The notes: a model not told the origin generated them from the sequence alone. A stretch of 64,000 nucleotides of DNA from a bacterium (GCA_037446635.1 JBBIIG010000020.1:1-64000), one strand, 5' to 3'. Positions 17,610 through 27,994 are shown, counted from the first letter of the stretch. Made by a program: numbers and translations.

Positions 17610-19481
17610 ATGCTGACTAAACCCGTAAACACCGATTGGCTGCAAAAAAATTTCCCCTGCTACTGGGCTTGTCCCGTGCACACCGAAGCCGGGCGGTATG
17701 TGAACTTGATTGCCCAGGGGCGGTTTGAGGAAGCCTATCGCGTGGCGCGGGCACCTAATCCATTTGCCTCCATTTGTGGTCGCATCTGCGCGGCACCGTG
17801 CGAAACCGCCTGTCGTCGCGGTCAATTGGATAAGCCCATTGCCATTCGGGCGCTGAAGCGATTTGTCTGCGAGCGCTACGGCGTGGAAAGCATGATCGAT
17901 ATTCGCAAAATTTATGAAGCCCTTGGTCCTAAAATTAAACCTAAGAATCGTTGGGTGGCCGTGATAGGTTCCGGTCCGGCGGGCATGTCCTGCGCTCATG
18001 ATCTGGCCCTCCTGGGGTATAAAGTAACCGTCTTTGAGAAACAAGAACGACCCGGCGGCATGTTGACTCTGGGAGTACCCGAATATCGACTGCCGCGCGA
18101 GTTGGTGCGAATGGAGATCAATGCTATCCTGAGCCTGGGCGTTGAGCTCAAATTGGGCAAAGCCTTGGGCCGGGATTTTACTTTGCAGGATTTAAAAGAA
18201 AACGGCTACGAGGCGGTATTTCTGGCGATTGGGGCGCATAAAAGTCGGGATCTGCAAATCGAAGGCGTGGAATTGGACGGGGTTTTGCGCGCAGTGGATT
18301 TTCTTTTGAATATCAATATGGGCTACAAAGTTGAATTGGGTGAAAAGATCATTGTGATCGGAGGAGGGAACGTCGCCATCGATGTAGCCCGTACCGCGGC
18401 GCGTCTGGAACGCATCGAGGAAGTGGCTTCCGATATCACCGAGGCGTTGGATGTGGCGCGTTCGGCTGTCCGGTTCGGCGCCAAAGAAGTGCACATGGTG
18501 GTTTTGGAAGCACGCGATGAAATGCTGGCAACCGAGGAAGAGATTGCGGAGGCGATAGAAGAGCGCATTCAGATTCACAACTCTTTGGGCCCCAATCGAA
18601 TTCTGGGCAAAAATGACAAGGTCAGAGGATTGGAGACCATTAAGTGCGTTTCCGTGTTTGATGAAAACGGCCGCTTTAATCCCAAATTTGCGCCCGGAAC
18701 CGAACAGGTTTTGGCGGCGGACTCCATCATCATGGCCATTGGCCAAACCTCCGATCTGTCATTTATTCGGCCGGAAGATGGAATTGAGATGACACCGCGC
18801 AACACCATAAAAGTGGATCCGGTGACTCTGGCCACCACCGCTCCCGGCATCTTCGCTGGCGGCGATGTGGTGTTTGGCCCGCGCATCGCCATTGATGCCA
18901 TCGCCGACGGCCGACGGGCTGCCCGCGCCATCGATGAATATCTCACGGGGCAAAAACAAGAAGAGCGGAAAATTTACGTCACGGTTTACGATACCTTTGA
19001 ATATGAGCAGCAGCCGGATTTTGAGAAAGTTGATCGCGTGCCCATTCCCGTGCTGCCAATCGATCGTCGCGTGGGCGTGGCGCAAGTGGAATTAGGCTAT
19101 ACCGAAGAGCAGGCGGTTTTAGAGTCCCGGCGCTGTCTGCGTTGTTGGATCAATACGGTCTTTGAACCACGGGAAGAACTGGGAACCGAATGCATCCTCT
19201 GCGGCGGCTGCGTGGATATTTGTCCTGAAAACTGCATTGAACTGATTTCAATCGAGAGGCTCGTGAGTGATCCGGAAACCATGGCCGTGTTGGAGCGCTC
19301 CGAAGATTTCATCTTGGGACGCAGGCAAACGGTCACCGGCGAAGAAATCGAAGGTGCAGTGATGATTAAAGACGAAACCATCTGCATCCGCTGCGGCTTG
19401 TGTGCCAAGCGTTGTCCGGTGAGCTGTATAAAAATGGAAGGATTTGAAATGGCAGAAAGGGTCCTCTATGAATGGGAATAA
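17610..19481 (+). CDS. FAD/NAD(P)-dependent Fe-S oxidoreductase (GltD/NfnB/DsrL-like) with C-terminal ferredoxin domain
   Basis: CYWACP, CGRICAAPCETAC, GSGPAG, GGGNVA, FAGGD, CLRC, CILCGGCVDICP, CIRCGLCAKRCP. Confidence 0.9.
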   Translation: MLTKPVNTDWLQKNFPCYWACPVHTEAGRYVNLIAQGRFEEAYRVARAPNPFASICGRICAAPCETACRRGQLDKPIAIRALKRFVCERYGVESMIDIRKIYEALGPKIKPKNRWVAVIGSGPAGMSCAHDLALLGYKVTVFEKQERPGGMLTLGVPEYRLPRELVRMEINAILSLGVELKLGKALGRDFTLQDLKENGYEAVFLAIGAHKSRDLQIEGVELDGVLRAVDFLLNINMGYKVELGEKIIVIGGGNVAIDVARTAARLERIEEVASDITEALDVARSAVRFGAKEVHMVVLEARDEMLATEEEIAEAIEERIQIHNSLGPNRILGKNDKVRGLETIKCVSVFDENGRFNPKFAPGTEQVLAADSIIMAIGQTSDLSFIRPEDGIEMTPRNTIKVDPVTLATTAPGIFAGGDVVFGPRIAIDAIADGRRAARAIDEYLTGQKQEERKIYVTVYDTFEYEQQPDFEKVDRVPIPVLPIDRRVGVAQVELGYTEEQAVLESRRCLRCWINTVFEPREELGTECILCGGCVDICPENCIELISIERLVSDPETMAVLERSEDFILGRRQTVTGEEIEGAVMIKDETICIRCGLCAKRCPVSCIKMEGFEMAERVLYEWE

Positions 19482-19950
19482 ACCTGACAAACAAAAATTG
19501 CTCTCCCGACGAGAATTCTTGAACACGATGGGTACCGGCGCGTTGGTGATCGCTGGGGTAGGCGGCACCGCGGTCTCCTGGGATTACCTGTCGCCCAAGG
19601 TGCTCTTTGAACCCCCGCTAAAATTTAAGGTGGGAAAGCCAGAAGGCTATGCCCCGAATTCAGTAACATTAGATGCTGAGAAAAAGATTTTTATTGTTCG
19701 GGAAGAGCAGGGGTACTTTTATTGCCTGTCTGCAGTGTGCACCCATCTCGGCTGTCTGACCTATTGGAGGGGTAACGAAGAACGGATTGCCTGCCCCTGC
19801 CACGGGAGCAACTTCACCCGGCACGGTGAAGTCTTAAAACCGCCGGCGCCGCGCGACTTACCCCATTTTCTAATTACTCTCGACGATAAAGGGGAGCTGG
19901 TGGTGGATAAAAGTGAAATGGTGAGTGCGGATTATATTTTAAAGGTATAA
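19468..19950 (+). CDS. Rieske 2Fe-2S subunit, module 1
   Basis: SRREFL Tat-like anchor, CTHLGC, CPCHGS; start set at ATG 19468. Confidence 0.92.
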   Translation: MNGNKPDKQKLLSRREFLNTMGTGALVIAGVGGTAVSWDYLSPKVLFEPPLKFKVGKPEGYAPNSVTLDAEKKIFIVREEQGYFYCLSAVCTHLGCLTYWRGNEERIACPCHGSNFTRHGEVLKPPAPRDLPHFLITLDDKGELVVDKSEMVSADYILKV

Positions 19951-19951
19951 A

Positions 19952-20692
19952 ATGGCCCGGAATCTGATTGAAAAAGTGGTTCAGTCGCAGCCTTGGAAAT
20001 CGATTTTCCGAACCGGCGTTCCCGAATCCAATTTGGATAAGTCGCTGTTGATTTTCAATAACTTTTTCTTTCATATTTTCCCAGTTAAGGTGCGGCGGGA
20101 TTCGCTAAAATTTTCGGCCACCCTGTATTTAGGGGTTGCGGCCTTTGCGTTATTTATGATACTGGTGATCACCGGCATCTATCTAATGTTGTACTATCAT
20201 CCCTCGGTGCCGCAAGCTTACAATGATATGAAGGATCTAGAGTTTGTGGTGGCGAATGGCCGCTTCATTCGCAATTTTCACCGCTGGGCCGCCCACGGTA
20301 TGGTAGCCGTGGTGTTTTTACATTTACTGCGCGTATTTTTTGCGGGCGCCTACAAACCGCCCAAGCAATTCAACTGGGTGATTGGCGTGATGCTTTTTCT
20401 GCTGACGCTGCTGCTCAGCTACACTGGATATCTTCTGCCCTGGGATCAGTTGGCCCTGTGGGGCATTTCCGTGGGAACCAACATGCTGGGGTACGCCCCA
20501 TTACTGGGACAAAAGCTGCGCTTCCTGCTTTTAGGGGGAAACATCGTCGGGGAAAATGCACTGCTGCGCTTCTACGTGCTGCATGTGTTCATTTTGCCAG
20601 TGGTCATGACCGTTTTGATAGGCATCCATTTCTGGCGGGTGCGCAAGGACGGTGGAATTACACCTTTGCTGAAACGGAGGCCGAAAGGGTAA
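19952..20692 (+). CDS. Cytochrome b6-like N-terminal subunit, module 1
   Basis: [35 protein letters not shown]. Confidence 0.92.
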   Translation: MARNLIEKVVQSQPWKSIFRTGVPESNLDKSLLIFNNFFFHIFPVKVRRDSLKFSATLYLGVAAFALFMILVITGIYLMLYYHPSVPQAYNDMKDLEFVVANGRFIRNFHRWAAHGMVAVVFLHLLRVFFAGAYKPPKQFNWVIGVMLFLLTLLLSYTGYLLPWDQLALWGISVGTNMLGYAPLLGQKLRFLLLGGNIVGENALLRFYVLHVFILPVVMTVLIGIHFWRVRKDGGITPLLKRRPKG

Positions 20693-20697
20693 GAGTC

Positions 20698-21405
20698 ATG
20701 AATCTGGATCAAGATTTTAAACTCGAAGAAATTGTGGAACCGCTGCAGGTTCCGAAACGGGTGGCTTTTGTAAAAAAAGACACCAGCGCTCTGGTTAAAG
20801 AAGCAGCAGAAAAAGACCAGGTATTGAGTTACCCGCCGCTTCTGCTTAGCCTGCTCATCGGCTTTGAGATCTTGGTAATTATTTTAGCGATTTTTTCCCT
20901 CATCATCGATGCGCCGCTGGAGGAGCTGGCCAATCCCGAGCATACGCCTAACCCGGCCAAGGCGCCGTGGTATTTTCTCGGATTACAGGAACTCCTGCAC
21001 CTCTTTCCACCTTTTGTTGCCGGAGTGTTGATTCCTACTTTGGTCATTATCGCACTGGTGGTCATTCCCTATTTTGATATCAATCTCAAACGTGAAGGGT
21101 TGTGGAAAAGTCAGCAGCAGGCAACTTTCCTTTGGTTAACAGGGGTGGCTTTGGTTCTGGTCGTGGGATTGGCGTTTTTTTCAGCCTGGTCGATCGCGAT
21201 TCCAACCATTTTGATTTATGGTCTTATGATTCTTCCTTATGCGATCAAAAAAGAAACGAGATTCAGCGCATGGCTGAGTCGTCTTTCATTAGCCGAATGG
21301 GTCATGATTTGGTTTGTCCTGGTCGCCACCATCTTGACCACCATCGGAATTTTGTTCCGCGGCCCGGGCTGGGAATGGACCTGGCCGTGGCAGGGGATTT
21401 ATTAG
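20698..21405 (+). CDS. Cytochrome b subunit IV-like protein, module 1
   Basis: Start set at ATG 20698; ANPEHTPNPAKAPWYF (PEWY-equivalent loop). Confidence 0.85.
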   Translation: MNLDQDFKLEEIVEPLQVPKRVAFVKKDTSALVKEAAEKDQVLSYPPLLLSLLIGFEILVIILAIFSLIIDAPLEELANPEHTPNPAKAPWYFLGLQELLHLFPPFVAGVLIPTLVIIALVVIPYFDINLKREGLWKSQQQATFLWLTGVALVLVVGLAFFSAWSIAIPTILIYGLMILPYAIKKETRFSAWLSRLSLAEWVMIWFVLVATILTTIGILFRGPGWEWTWPWQGIY

Positions 21406-21611
21406 TCGCATGTAAAAATTTGACCGATATTTTTACTGTACAAAACGGGAAGAGGAATTAATCAATCGGAGTATTGGATTAGTGGATTAATGGAATAAAA
21501 GACAGATGAGTTTGAACAAAGTTGGGTCAATGAATTTCTAATGATCCACTATTTCAATATTTCTCGGGGTAATTAATAGTCTAATAAATATATCAAAAGG
21601 AGGGAAATCCC

Positions 21612-22121
21612 ATGGGACTGTTTTTCTCGGCCTTCGTTGGTGGCCTGGCAGGTACCGGTTTGATGGACATCGTGGAAAGCCTTATGAAGCGATTCGGGAT
21701 CACGAGTGGGAGCGGTTGAGGAGGCAACCGGGCCATCGGTCGATGGCTCTTGCATGCCGTTCGTGGAACGTTCGTACACAAGAACATCATTGAGGCTAGG
21801 CCCGTCAAACATGAGTCCACCGTTGGCCAGGTGACTCATTATCTTCTCGGTGGTAGTCTCGCACTCTCGTATCCTGCCTTCTACCTCGTCTCTAGTGCAC
21901 CGCTACCAGACAATCACGTGCTTCCTAGTCTCTTATGGGGCCTGGCGACAACGCTTCTGCCATGGATCATCTTCTATCCTGCGTTCGGTTGGGGCCTCTT
22001 CGGCGTAGGAGCCCCTCAGGGCACGAGACCTGTACTCTCGCCGACGATTTCCCATCTGGTTTACGGCCTTGGATTGGGAATCGTTTTGAATATAACGAAC
22101 TTTCTTCGGGGTGCTGTCTAA
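21612..22121 (+). CDS. DUF2938-like membrane protein with in-frame UGA at codon 36 (candidate selenoprotein, or nonsense pseudogene)
   Basis: AGGAGG RBS, ATG 21612; GLAGTGLMD...FGITSGSG-UGA-GGNRAIGRW...HY...HLVYGLGL; the frame continues into ORF 21750-22121. Confidence 0.7.
21730..21749 (+). promoter_or_regulatory. Candidate bacterial SECIS hairpin
   Basis: GGGCCATC-GGTC-GATGGCTC, 8-bp stem starting 11 nt after the UGA (21717-21719). Confidence 0.55.
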
Positions 22122-22148
22122 CAAGCGGATGAGCCGCGACGACAAAAC

Positions 22149-22469
22149 ATGAAGGGAGTGAACAGTGGATACAACCGGATACTTTGTCGAAATGCAAAAC
22201 AAGTTGCTTTTCAAGCCATGCATGCAAGATTCCAGGCAATAGAGGAAACATGCATGAATTGTCATGATACGGAAAGACACTACTATGTTGATGAAAGCGT
22301 TAAGGCAATGATCGATAAGCTGGGACAAACACTCAGTGCATCTCCAAGTTGATCCGAATATGGTGGACAAGTTGAGTCAGGAAATTGGGATGAGAATTGT
22401 TTCAAGTGCCATCTGGTTCATGTACCCGCAGCAGCAGCGCAACTGCAAATGGCTAATTTAATTAATTAA
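22149..22469 (+). pseudogene. Frameshifted remnant of a c-type cytochrome
   Basis: CMNCHDTERHYYVD in one frame, then VDPNMVDKLSQEIGM and NCFKCHLVHVPAA in shifted frames; no signal peptide or 5' part. Confidence 0.65.
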
Positions 22470-24427
22470 TGCAAATGAAAAAGCTAAATCAAATCTACGC
22501 CGTGGCCAGCCTAATCTTTTTTATGGTGTTGGCTATCTCTCCTGCTAAGGATTATTTTAGCGAATGGCGTCGTTATCAGAAAGAATATAACCAGCTTTTG
22601 GCAGCACAACCCCGACGGTTAAAACCCATAGAAATTGCCATCAAACAAATTTGGAATCCAGAGTTAGGTCGCGTTGACCGCTGTACCTCCTGCCATTTAG
22701 GTTTGGAAGAAAAAAATCTGGTTGCAGCCAAACAACCCTTTACGCCTCACCCTCAAATTTATCATGACATGAACGAATTTGGCTGCACCACCTGTCACAG
22801 CGGCCAGGGTCTGGCCACGACGGCAGAGAAGGCACACGACGGTCAACCTTATTGGGAAGAACCAATTTTGCCGAAAGCATACATCGAGTCCTCCTGCGGC
22901 AAATGTCATAAGGAACAGCAAGCGCCGGAAGCCCCTATTCTAACTTACGGCCGCCAGCTTTTGAAAAAGTATAATTGTGTTGGCTGTCATGTAATTGGGA
23001 ATTTACCCAAAGAATACGCCCCTATATTAGACGGCATCGGAGATAAAACCACCTGGAGCTGGTTGGTGCGCTGGTTGAAGGATCCCAAAGCTTTCCGACC
23101 CGAAACCAGGATGCCGGATTTCAAACTCAGCGACGAAGAGGCCCGATTACTGGCGGATTTCCTTGTGAGCTTCAAAAACTATCCCAACAGCAAAAAACTG
23201 GCGCCGCTGCCGCCAGAGCTGCAACAGGAGTTCCCTCCCGATGAATGGGTGGAGTTAGGTAAAACCCGTTTTCGCGAAGCCCGCTGTATCAGTTGCCATT
23301 TAGTGGAGGGAAAAGGCGGCCCCCTGGCGCCGGACTTAATTAAGGTCGCCAGCAAAGCCAAGCCGGCCTGGTTGTATTCCTATCTGCTGGATCCCAGGGG
23401 CTTGCAACCGGAAGTTGAAATGCCGCAGTACGGATTTACCCGCGAAGAAGCCCAAGCCATCACTGCTTATATGATGAGCGAATTTGTGGATTGGGACGCG
23501 CCGCCGGACACCGCGCTGCATTCCCCGGATCCTAACTTTTATGAAAAAGGCCTGAAGCTGTTCAACCAGTACAACTGCGACGGCTGCCACGAACTCACGG
23601 GAATCCCGAAAGTCGAAAACATGGGTCCAGACCTCACTGACATTGGGGACCGTCACCTGTATCAATTGGAATTTGGGAAATTAGAGATTGCGAAAACCCT
23701 ACCCTCATACATTTACAACAAGTTGAAAAATCCCCGTCAATTTTTGGAAACGGCCAGGATGCCGGTCTATGACTTCAACGAGGAGGAATTGCAGGCTCTC
23801 ACGACCGCCCTGCTCGCCATGACAAAAAAAGAGCTGCCGCCAAAATACCTCGTTCACCAAGATCCCCCCGGCGCCTATCAACCGCAAGGCGAGTTTGGTC
23901 GCATCGTAAAAAAATATTCGTGCTTTTCGTGTCATGTCATAAACGGTAGGGGTTTTCTTTTGGCTACCGATTTATCCAGAGAAGGCAGTCAAACTCAGCG
24001 CCAATGGGTGGAAAAGTATTTCAAGATTCCTTACTCCATGCGGCCAATTTTAACCGAACGGATGCCCAATCTCTTCATGTCTGAAACAGAAATTGAAACG
24101 GTAGTGGACTATTTCCACCTGGTTCTCAGGGACGATGCTATCGACACGGTGCAAATTACTCTGGAAACTCCGGAATTGATCGCCAAGGGCAGAACTCTGT
24201 TTTTTGAAAAATATGGCTGCCAGTCTTGTCACCAAATCGAAGGCCAGGGAGGATATGTTGGTCCACCCCTGGACAACAGCGGAACGCGCCTCACCGCCGG
24301 CTGGGTGTATCGGTGGATTAAAAATCCACAACAATATAATCCCCAAACCCTCGATCCCAACGCTGGTTTGAGCGATGAGGAGGCTCGTGCCATCACGATA
24401 TATTTAATGAGTTTGAACGGAGAATAA
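22469..24427 (+). CDS. Membrane-anchored octaheme cytochrome c associated with Rieske/cytb module 1
   Basis: N-terminal TM, RVDRCTSCH, 8 CxxCH, repeated class-I-like units (GPDL...MP). Confidence 0.88.
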   Translation: MQMKKLNQIYAVASLIFFMVLAISPAKDYFSEWRRYQKEYNQLLAAQPRRLKPIEIAIKQIWNPELGRVDRCTSCHLGLEEKNLVAAKQPFTPHPQIYHDMNEFGCTTCHSGQGLATTAEKAHDGQPYWEEPILPKAYIESSCGKCHKEQQAPEAPILTYGRQLLKKYNCVGCHVIGNLPKEYAPILDGIGDKTTWSWLVRWLKDPKAFRPETRMPDFKLSDEEARLLADFLVSFKNYPNSKKLAPLPPELQQEFPPDEWVELGKTRFREARCISCHLVEGKGGPLAPDLIKVASKAKPAWLYSYLLDPRGLQPEVEMPQYGFTREEAQAITAYMMSEFVDWDAPPDTALHSPDPNFYEKGLKLFNQYNCDGCHELTGIPKVENMGPDLTDIGDRHLYQLEFGKLEIAKTLPSYIYNKLKNPRQFLETARMPVYDFNEEELQALTTALLAMTKKELPPKYLVHQDPPGAYQPQGEFGRIVKKYSCFSCHVINGRGFLLATDLSREGSQTQRQWVEKYFKIPYSMRPILTERMPNLFMSETEIETVVDYFHLVLRDDAIDTVQITLETPELIAKGRTLFFEKYGCQSCHQIEGQGGYVGPPLDNSGTRLTAGWVYRWIKNPQQYNPQTLDPNAGLSDEEARAITIYLMSLNGE

Positions 24428-24432
24428 AAGCG

Positions 24433-24912
24433 ATGAGGATTTTAAAATTAGGGATCGGACTACTTTTTTTCGTATCTTGTCGGCAAAGCCAGAATATCCG
24501 ACAAGAACAAACCACCCCGGCAGATACGTTAATTAGCGCACAGGTGGAATCGAAAAAAATAAATTTGTTGGATTTATCTTATTCTCAACGAAAAGGTAAA
24601 CTTCTTTATGACAAATATTGCGCCGTATGTCATGGGTTAGAGGGAAAAGGCGATGGCTTTAACGCATACAATTTAGATCCAAAACCCAAAGACTTTAATG
24701 ATGCCGATTACTTAGAGTCTATAACCGATGCCTGGTTGGTAGAAGTGATCACCCAGGGCGGGCGCGGGGTAAAGCGATCGGTCTTAATGCCAGCCTATGA
24801 AAATACCTTGACTCGCGAAGCCTCTGAAGACATTGTTAAATATCTTCGCTTTCTTGCGAAGAAAGAACAGAGCAACAGCTCTTTCATTGAACCCCACCGC
24901 GACCCCTTCTAA
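24433..24912 (+). CDS. Monoheme cytochrome c lipoprotein
   Basis: FFVSC lipobox-like, CAVCHG.EGKGDG, LMPAY. Confidence 0.85.
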   Translation: MRILKLGIGLLFFVSCRQSQNIRQEQTTPADTLISAQVESKKINLLDLSYSQRKGKLLYDKYCAVCHGLEGKGDGFNAYNLDPKPKDFNDADYLESITDAWLVEVITQGGRGVKRSVLMPAYENTLTREASEDIVKYLRFLAKKEQSNSSFIEPHRDPF

Positions 24913-24929
24913 TTCAAAATCTCCCCAAG

Positions 24930-25038
24930 TGAGTCATCGCTGTCTCTAATGAACCGTCCGTGTCTCACCTTCTGGTTTCTATAAAAAACAAAGAATTACC
25001 TCTGTTCGAATCCTGACAAGTGAGACACGGATTTCTCA
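24930..25038. promoter_or_regulatory. Three TGAGACA-N4-TGTCTCA-type palindromes (putative sigma54 activator sites)
   Basis: 24930 TGAGTCATCGCTGTCTCT, 24950 TGAACCGTCCGTGTCTCA, 25021 TGAGACACGGATTTCTCA. Confidence 0.65.
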
Positions 25039-25151
25039 CTTTTTCCAAAGTCGTTGGGCTTGAATTTTGAGCGATTTTTGAGCACACGATAACCATCCAA
25101 ATTTATTGATACTTAATCAACGAACAAAAATTCAGAAAAAGATGATGTTTG

Positions 25152-25167
25152 TGGTATGCCGATTGTA
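25152..25167 (+). promoter_or_regulatory. Sigma54-like promoter
   Basis: TGGTATGCCGATTGTA, 131 bp downstream of the start of the third palindrome. Confidence 0.55.
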
Positions 25168-25237
25168 AAGATGAAAAGAACCGAGTCGAAAGTCACAGAT
25201 GTTTCCAAAAAAATTAACCCAAAATTCAGGAGGTTTT

Positions 25238-27994
25238 ATGAGACCGTTGCGACTACCAATCTGGGTTGCCCTGCTGTGCATGCTCGCGATGTTTGGCGCG
25301 GCAGCGGCCCAAACCCCACAGGCAGTGATTGTGGTGGAGGCCTGGAGCCCACAAGAGCTGCATGACCTGGGGTGGACCACTCACCCCTCGACCGGATTGA
25401 AAGTGGTGGGAGTAGAGGAACTGGTTTATTTATTTGTGAAGGAAAACGCCGGCCAAGAAATTACCTCTATCACCTGGACATTCACCTCAAAACCGGCCAC
25501 GTCCGCCACGACGTTGGATAGCACGAACACCCGGCGCACGACCTTCCGCCCGGATGTCGAAGGCCAGTTTGTAGTGAACGTGGAAATTACCACCGCCGGT
25601 GGAACGGCCAACTCCAGCGTGACCATCACCAGTGCAAAATACGTCGGGGTGGGAACGGTGGGCGGCGCCACCCCCAATATCGCTCAGGGGCAGTGCGGCA
25701 TCTGCCACTCCGGCAACACCCAGCAATGGAACCAGACCGGCCACGCCACTATGTTTGAGCAAGCAATTGATGGCTTGAAAAGCTCTCATTATAATGAAGC
25801 CTGCATCGAGTGCCACACCGTAGGATTTTTTGAAGACGCCGCGAACGGCGGGTTCTGGGATGTCGCCAATCAATTGGGCTGGCAGTTCCCGGCCACTTTG
25901 CAACCCGGCAACTGGGACGATATCGTGACCAATTTTCCGGCGCTAGCAGCGGTTTCCAACATTCAATGCGAAAACTGCCACGGCCCCGGCAGCCAGCACA
26001 AAGGCGATAAATCAAAAATTGAAGTTTCGCTCGAGGAAGGCCTTTGCGGACGCTGCCATGAGGAAGAACCCTATCACGTCAAGAACCTCCAGTGGAAAAA
26101 CTCTGCCCACGCGCAGGGCGAGACGTTCGCAGAGGAAGGAGACAACCCGACTTGCGCGCCCTGTCACAGCGGCTGGGGCTTTGTCGCCAAGATGGATCCG
26201 GCCAGTGACCTGGAGCAGAAAACTGGCGACCAGAACATCTCCTGTGCGGTGTGCCACGACCCGCACGATGCCACCCATGAGTACCAACTCCGCCTTACCG
26301 ACAATGTTGTGCTACCCAGCGGCCCGACCCTTAGCAAAGGCGGCCTGGGCCTGTTGTGCATGAATTGCCACCATGACCGCCGAGTAGGCGGCGGCGAGGC
26401 CTATGCGCTGAACCCCACTCGCACCTACCGCGGCCCGCACCACAGCAACCAGACGGAAATGCTGTTTGGGGTGGTAGAAGACGTTATCAGGTTTGGTCGC
26501 ATTCTGCCTAACTCCACCCACAAGGATGTTATTGAGGATGCCTGCGTTGGCTGCCACATGGCCGAGAGCAGCCGCGATGACCTCGGCGAGCACAGTTGGG
26601 CCATGCATACAACTGAGATCGTTGGAACCGACACCACCGTAGTGGACAACGTAGCGCCGTGCCAGAAGTGTCATGATCCCAATATGACCTCGTTCGACGA
26701 TATGCTGGCGCGTGCCGATCACGATGGCGACGGAAAGATCGAGGCCGTCAAGGCGGAAGTCGAAGGACTCATGCACGATGTGGCGATGATGCTGCCGCCG
26801 TTTGGTGAGCCAACGGTGAACATTTCAGATCCAATCTGGAATACCAAAGAAAGTCTGATGCTGAGAAGGGCTGCCTGGAACTACTTCTTTGTAGATTACG
26901 ATCACAGCCACGGCATCCACAATTACCAATTTACCGTGGCGTTACTTCAGATCACAAGAGACGTACTTAGGTTTGGCGCCCTGTCTGAAGGCGTCATCTC
27001 TAAAATTGAGGACGTGCCCAACGATCAAGGCAAACAAGTTCGTGTAAACTGGACGCGTTTCGGCGGCGACGGCGTCAGCGATAATCCGGTGATCAATTAT
27101 GGTATCTGGCGCCGGGTCGATGAGCCCGCGGCCGGCAACTCCGTCAATTCTACAGCCTTGACGAACCTCAATCTCAGCGCGGCTGAAATTGCGAGCCTCG
27201 GCAGCGGCGCCCGCCTGCAGTTGGACGCCGCCTGGGATTTTGTCGGCTCAGTTCCCGCAGCCACGCTGGACAACTACAGCGCCGTGGTTCCAACTTTATA
27301 CGACTCAACCATCGTCGCGGGCCAGCACTGGTCGGTGTTCATGGTTTCCGGCCACACCGCTATTCCGGCGGTTTATGCCGTAACCACTCCGGACAGCGGC
27401 TACTCTGTTGACAATCTCATACCAGCCGCGCCGGCCAACGTTGCCGGGTCGGTAAAATTCAACTCCATCATCCTGTCGTGGAATGCCTCCCCGGATGAAG
27501 ATTTTAACTACTTCACGATTTATCGGGCGACCACCCCTAATTTCGATCCCAAGTCTGTCGAACCCCTGGCCAGGCTGACGGAGAATTCTTATCAGGACAG
27601 CGACGTCGCCGTCGGCACCACCTACTATTATCGCGTCTCGGCCTTTGATTTCTCCGGCAACGAAAGCGCCTTCTCCGATGAATTCTCACTGCTGGTTACC
27701 TCGGTGGCTGGCAATGGCGGCGAAATGCCAAAAGAATATGCCCTGTATCAGAACTATCCCAACCCGTTCAACCCGACAACGATGATCAACTTTGATCTGA
27801 AGGAATCGGGTCACGCGGTGGTGAAAGTTTACAACATGCTGGGCGAAGAAGTGATGACGCTCGTGGATGATCATCTCGAAGCCGGCCCCCATCGGGTGAT
27901 GGTCAGCGCCAGCGACCTGAATTCCGGAATCTACTTCTACAAGATTCGAGTTAATGGGTTCACGGCGGTGAAAAAGATGATCGTGATGAAGTGA
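25238..27994 (+). CDS. Nonaheme cytochrome c with Ig-like/FN3 domains and T9SS type A C-terminal domain
   Basis: Start moved to 25238 (GGAGG RBS); 9 CxxCH; DHSHGIHN; FN3 (LSWNAS, YYYRVSAFD.SGNES); QNYPNPFNP...SGIYFY...KKMIVMK. Confidence 0.88.
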   Translation: MRPLRLPIWVALLCMLAMFGAAAAQTPQAVIVVEAWSPQELHDLGWTTHPSTGLKVVGVEELVYLFVKENAGQEITSITWTFTSKPATSATTLDSTNTRRTTFRPDVEGQFVVNVEITTAGGTANSSVTITSAKYVGVGTVGGATPNIAQGQCGICHSGNTQQWNQTGHATMFEQAIDGLKSSHYNEACIECHTVGFFEDAANGGFWDVANQLGWQFPATLQPGNWDDIVTNFPALAAVSNIQCENCHGPGSQHKGDKSKIEVSLEEGLCGRCHEEEPYHVKNLQWKNSAHAQGETFAEEGDNPTCAPCHSGWGFVAKMDPASDLEQKTGDQNISCAVCHDPHDATHEYQLRLTDNVVLPSGPTLSKGGLGLLCMNCHHDRRVGGGEAYALNPTRTYRGPHHSNQTEMLFGVVEDVIRFGRILPNSTHKDVIEDACVGCHMAESSRDDLGEHSWAMHTTEIVGTDTTVVDNVAPCQKCHDPNMTSFDDMLARADHDGDGKIEAVKAEVEGLMHDVAMMLPPFGEPTVNISDPIWNTKESLMLRRAAWNYFFVDYDHSHGIHNYQFTVALLQITRDVLRFGALSEGVISKIEDVPNDQGKQVRVNWTRFGGDGVSDNPVINYGIWRRVDEPAAGNSVNSTALTNLNLSAAEIASLGSGARLQLDAAWDFVGSVPAATLDNYSAVVPTLYDSTIVAGQHWSVFMVSGHTAIPAVYAVTTPDSGYSVDNLIPAAPANVAGSVKFNSIILSWNASPDEDFNYFTIYRATTPNFDPKSVEPLARLTENSYQDSDVAVGTTYYYRVSAFDFSGNESAFSDEFSLLVTSVAGNGGEMPKEYALYQNYPNPFNPTTMINFDLKESGHAVVKVYNMLGEEVMTLVDDHLEAGPHRVMVSASDLNSGIYFYKIRVNGFTAVKKMIVMK

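Noticed and set aside
19952..20692. Covalent heme ci site in the split cytochrome b6
   Set aside because: No Cys at the expected position before helix A (TLYLGV); also absent in the other two cytochrome b proteins
20458..20697. N-terminal extension of the subunit IV ORF
   Set aside because: Overlaps cytochrome b6 out of frame; ATG 20698 follows the b6 stop
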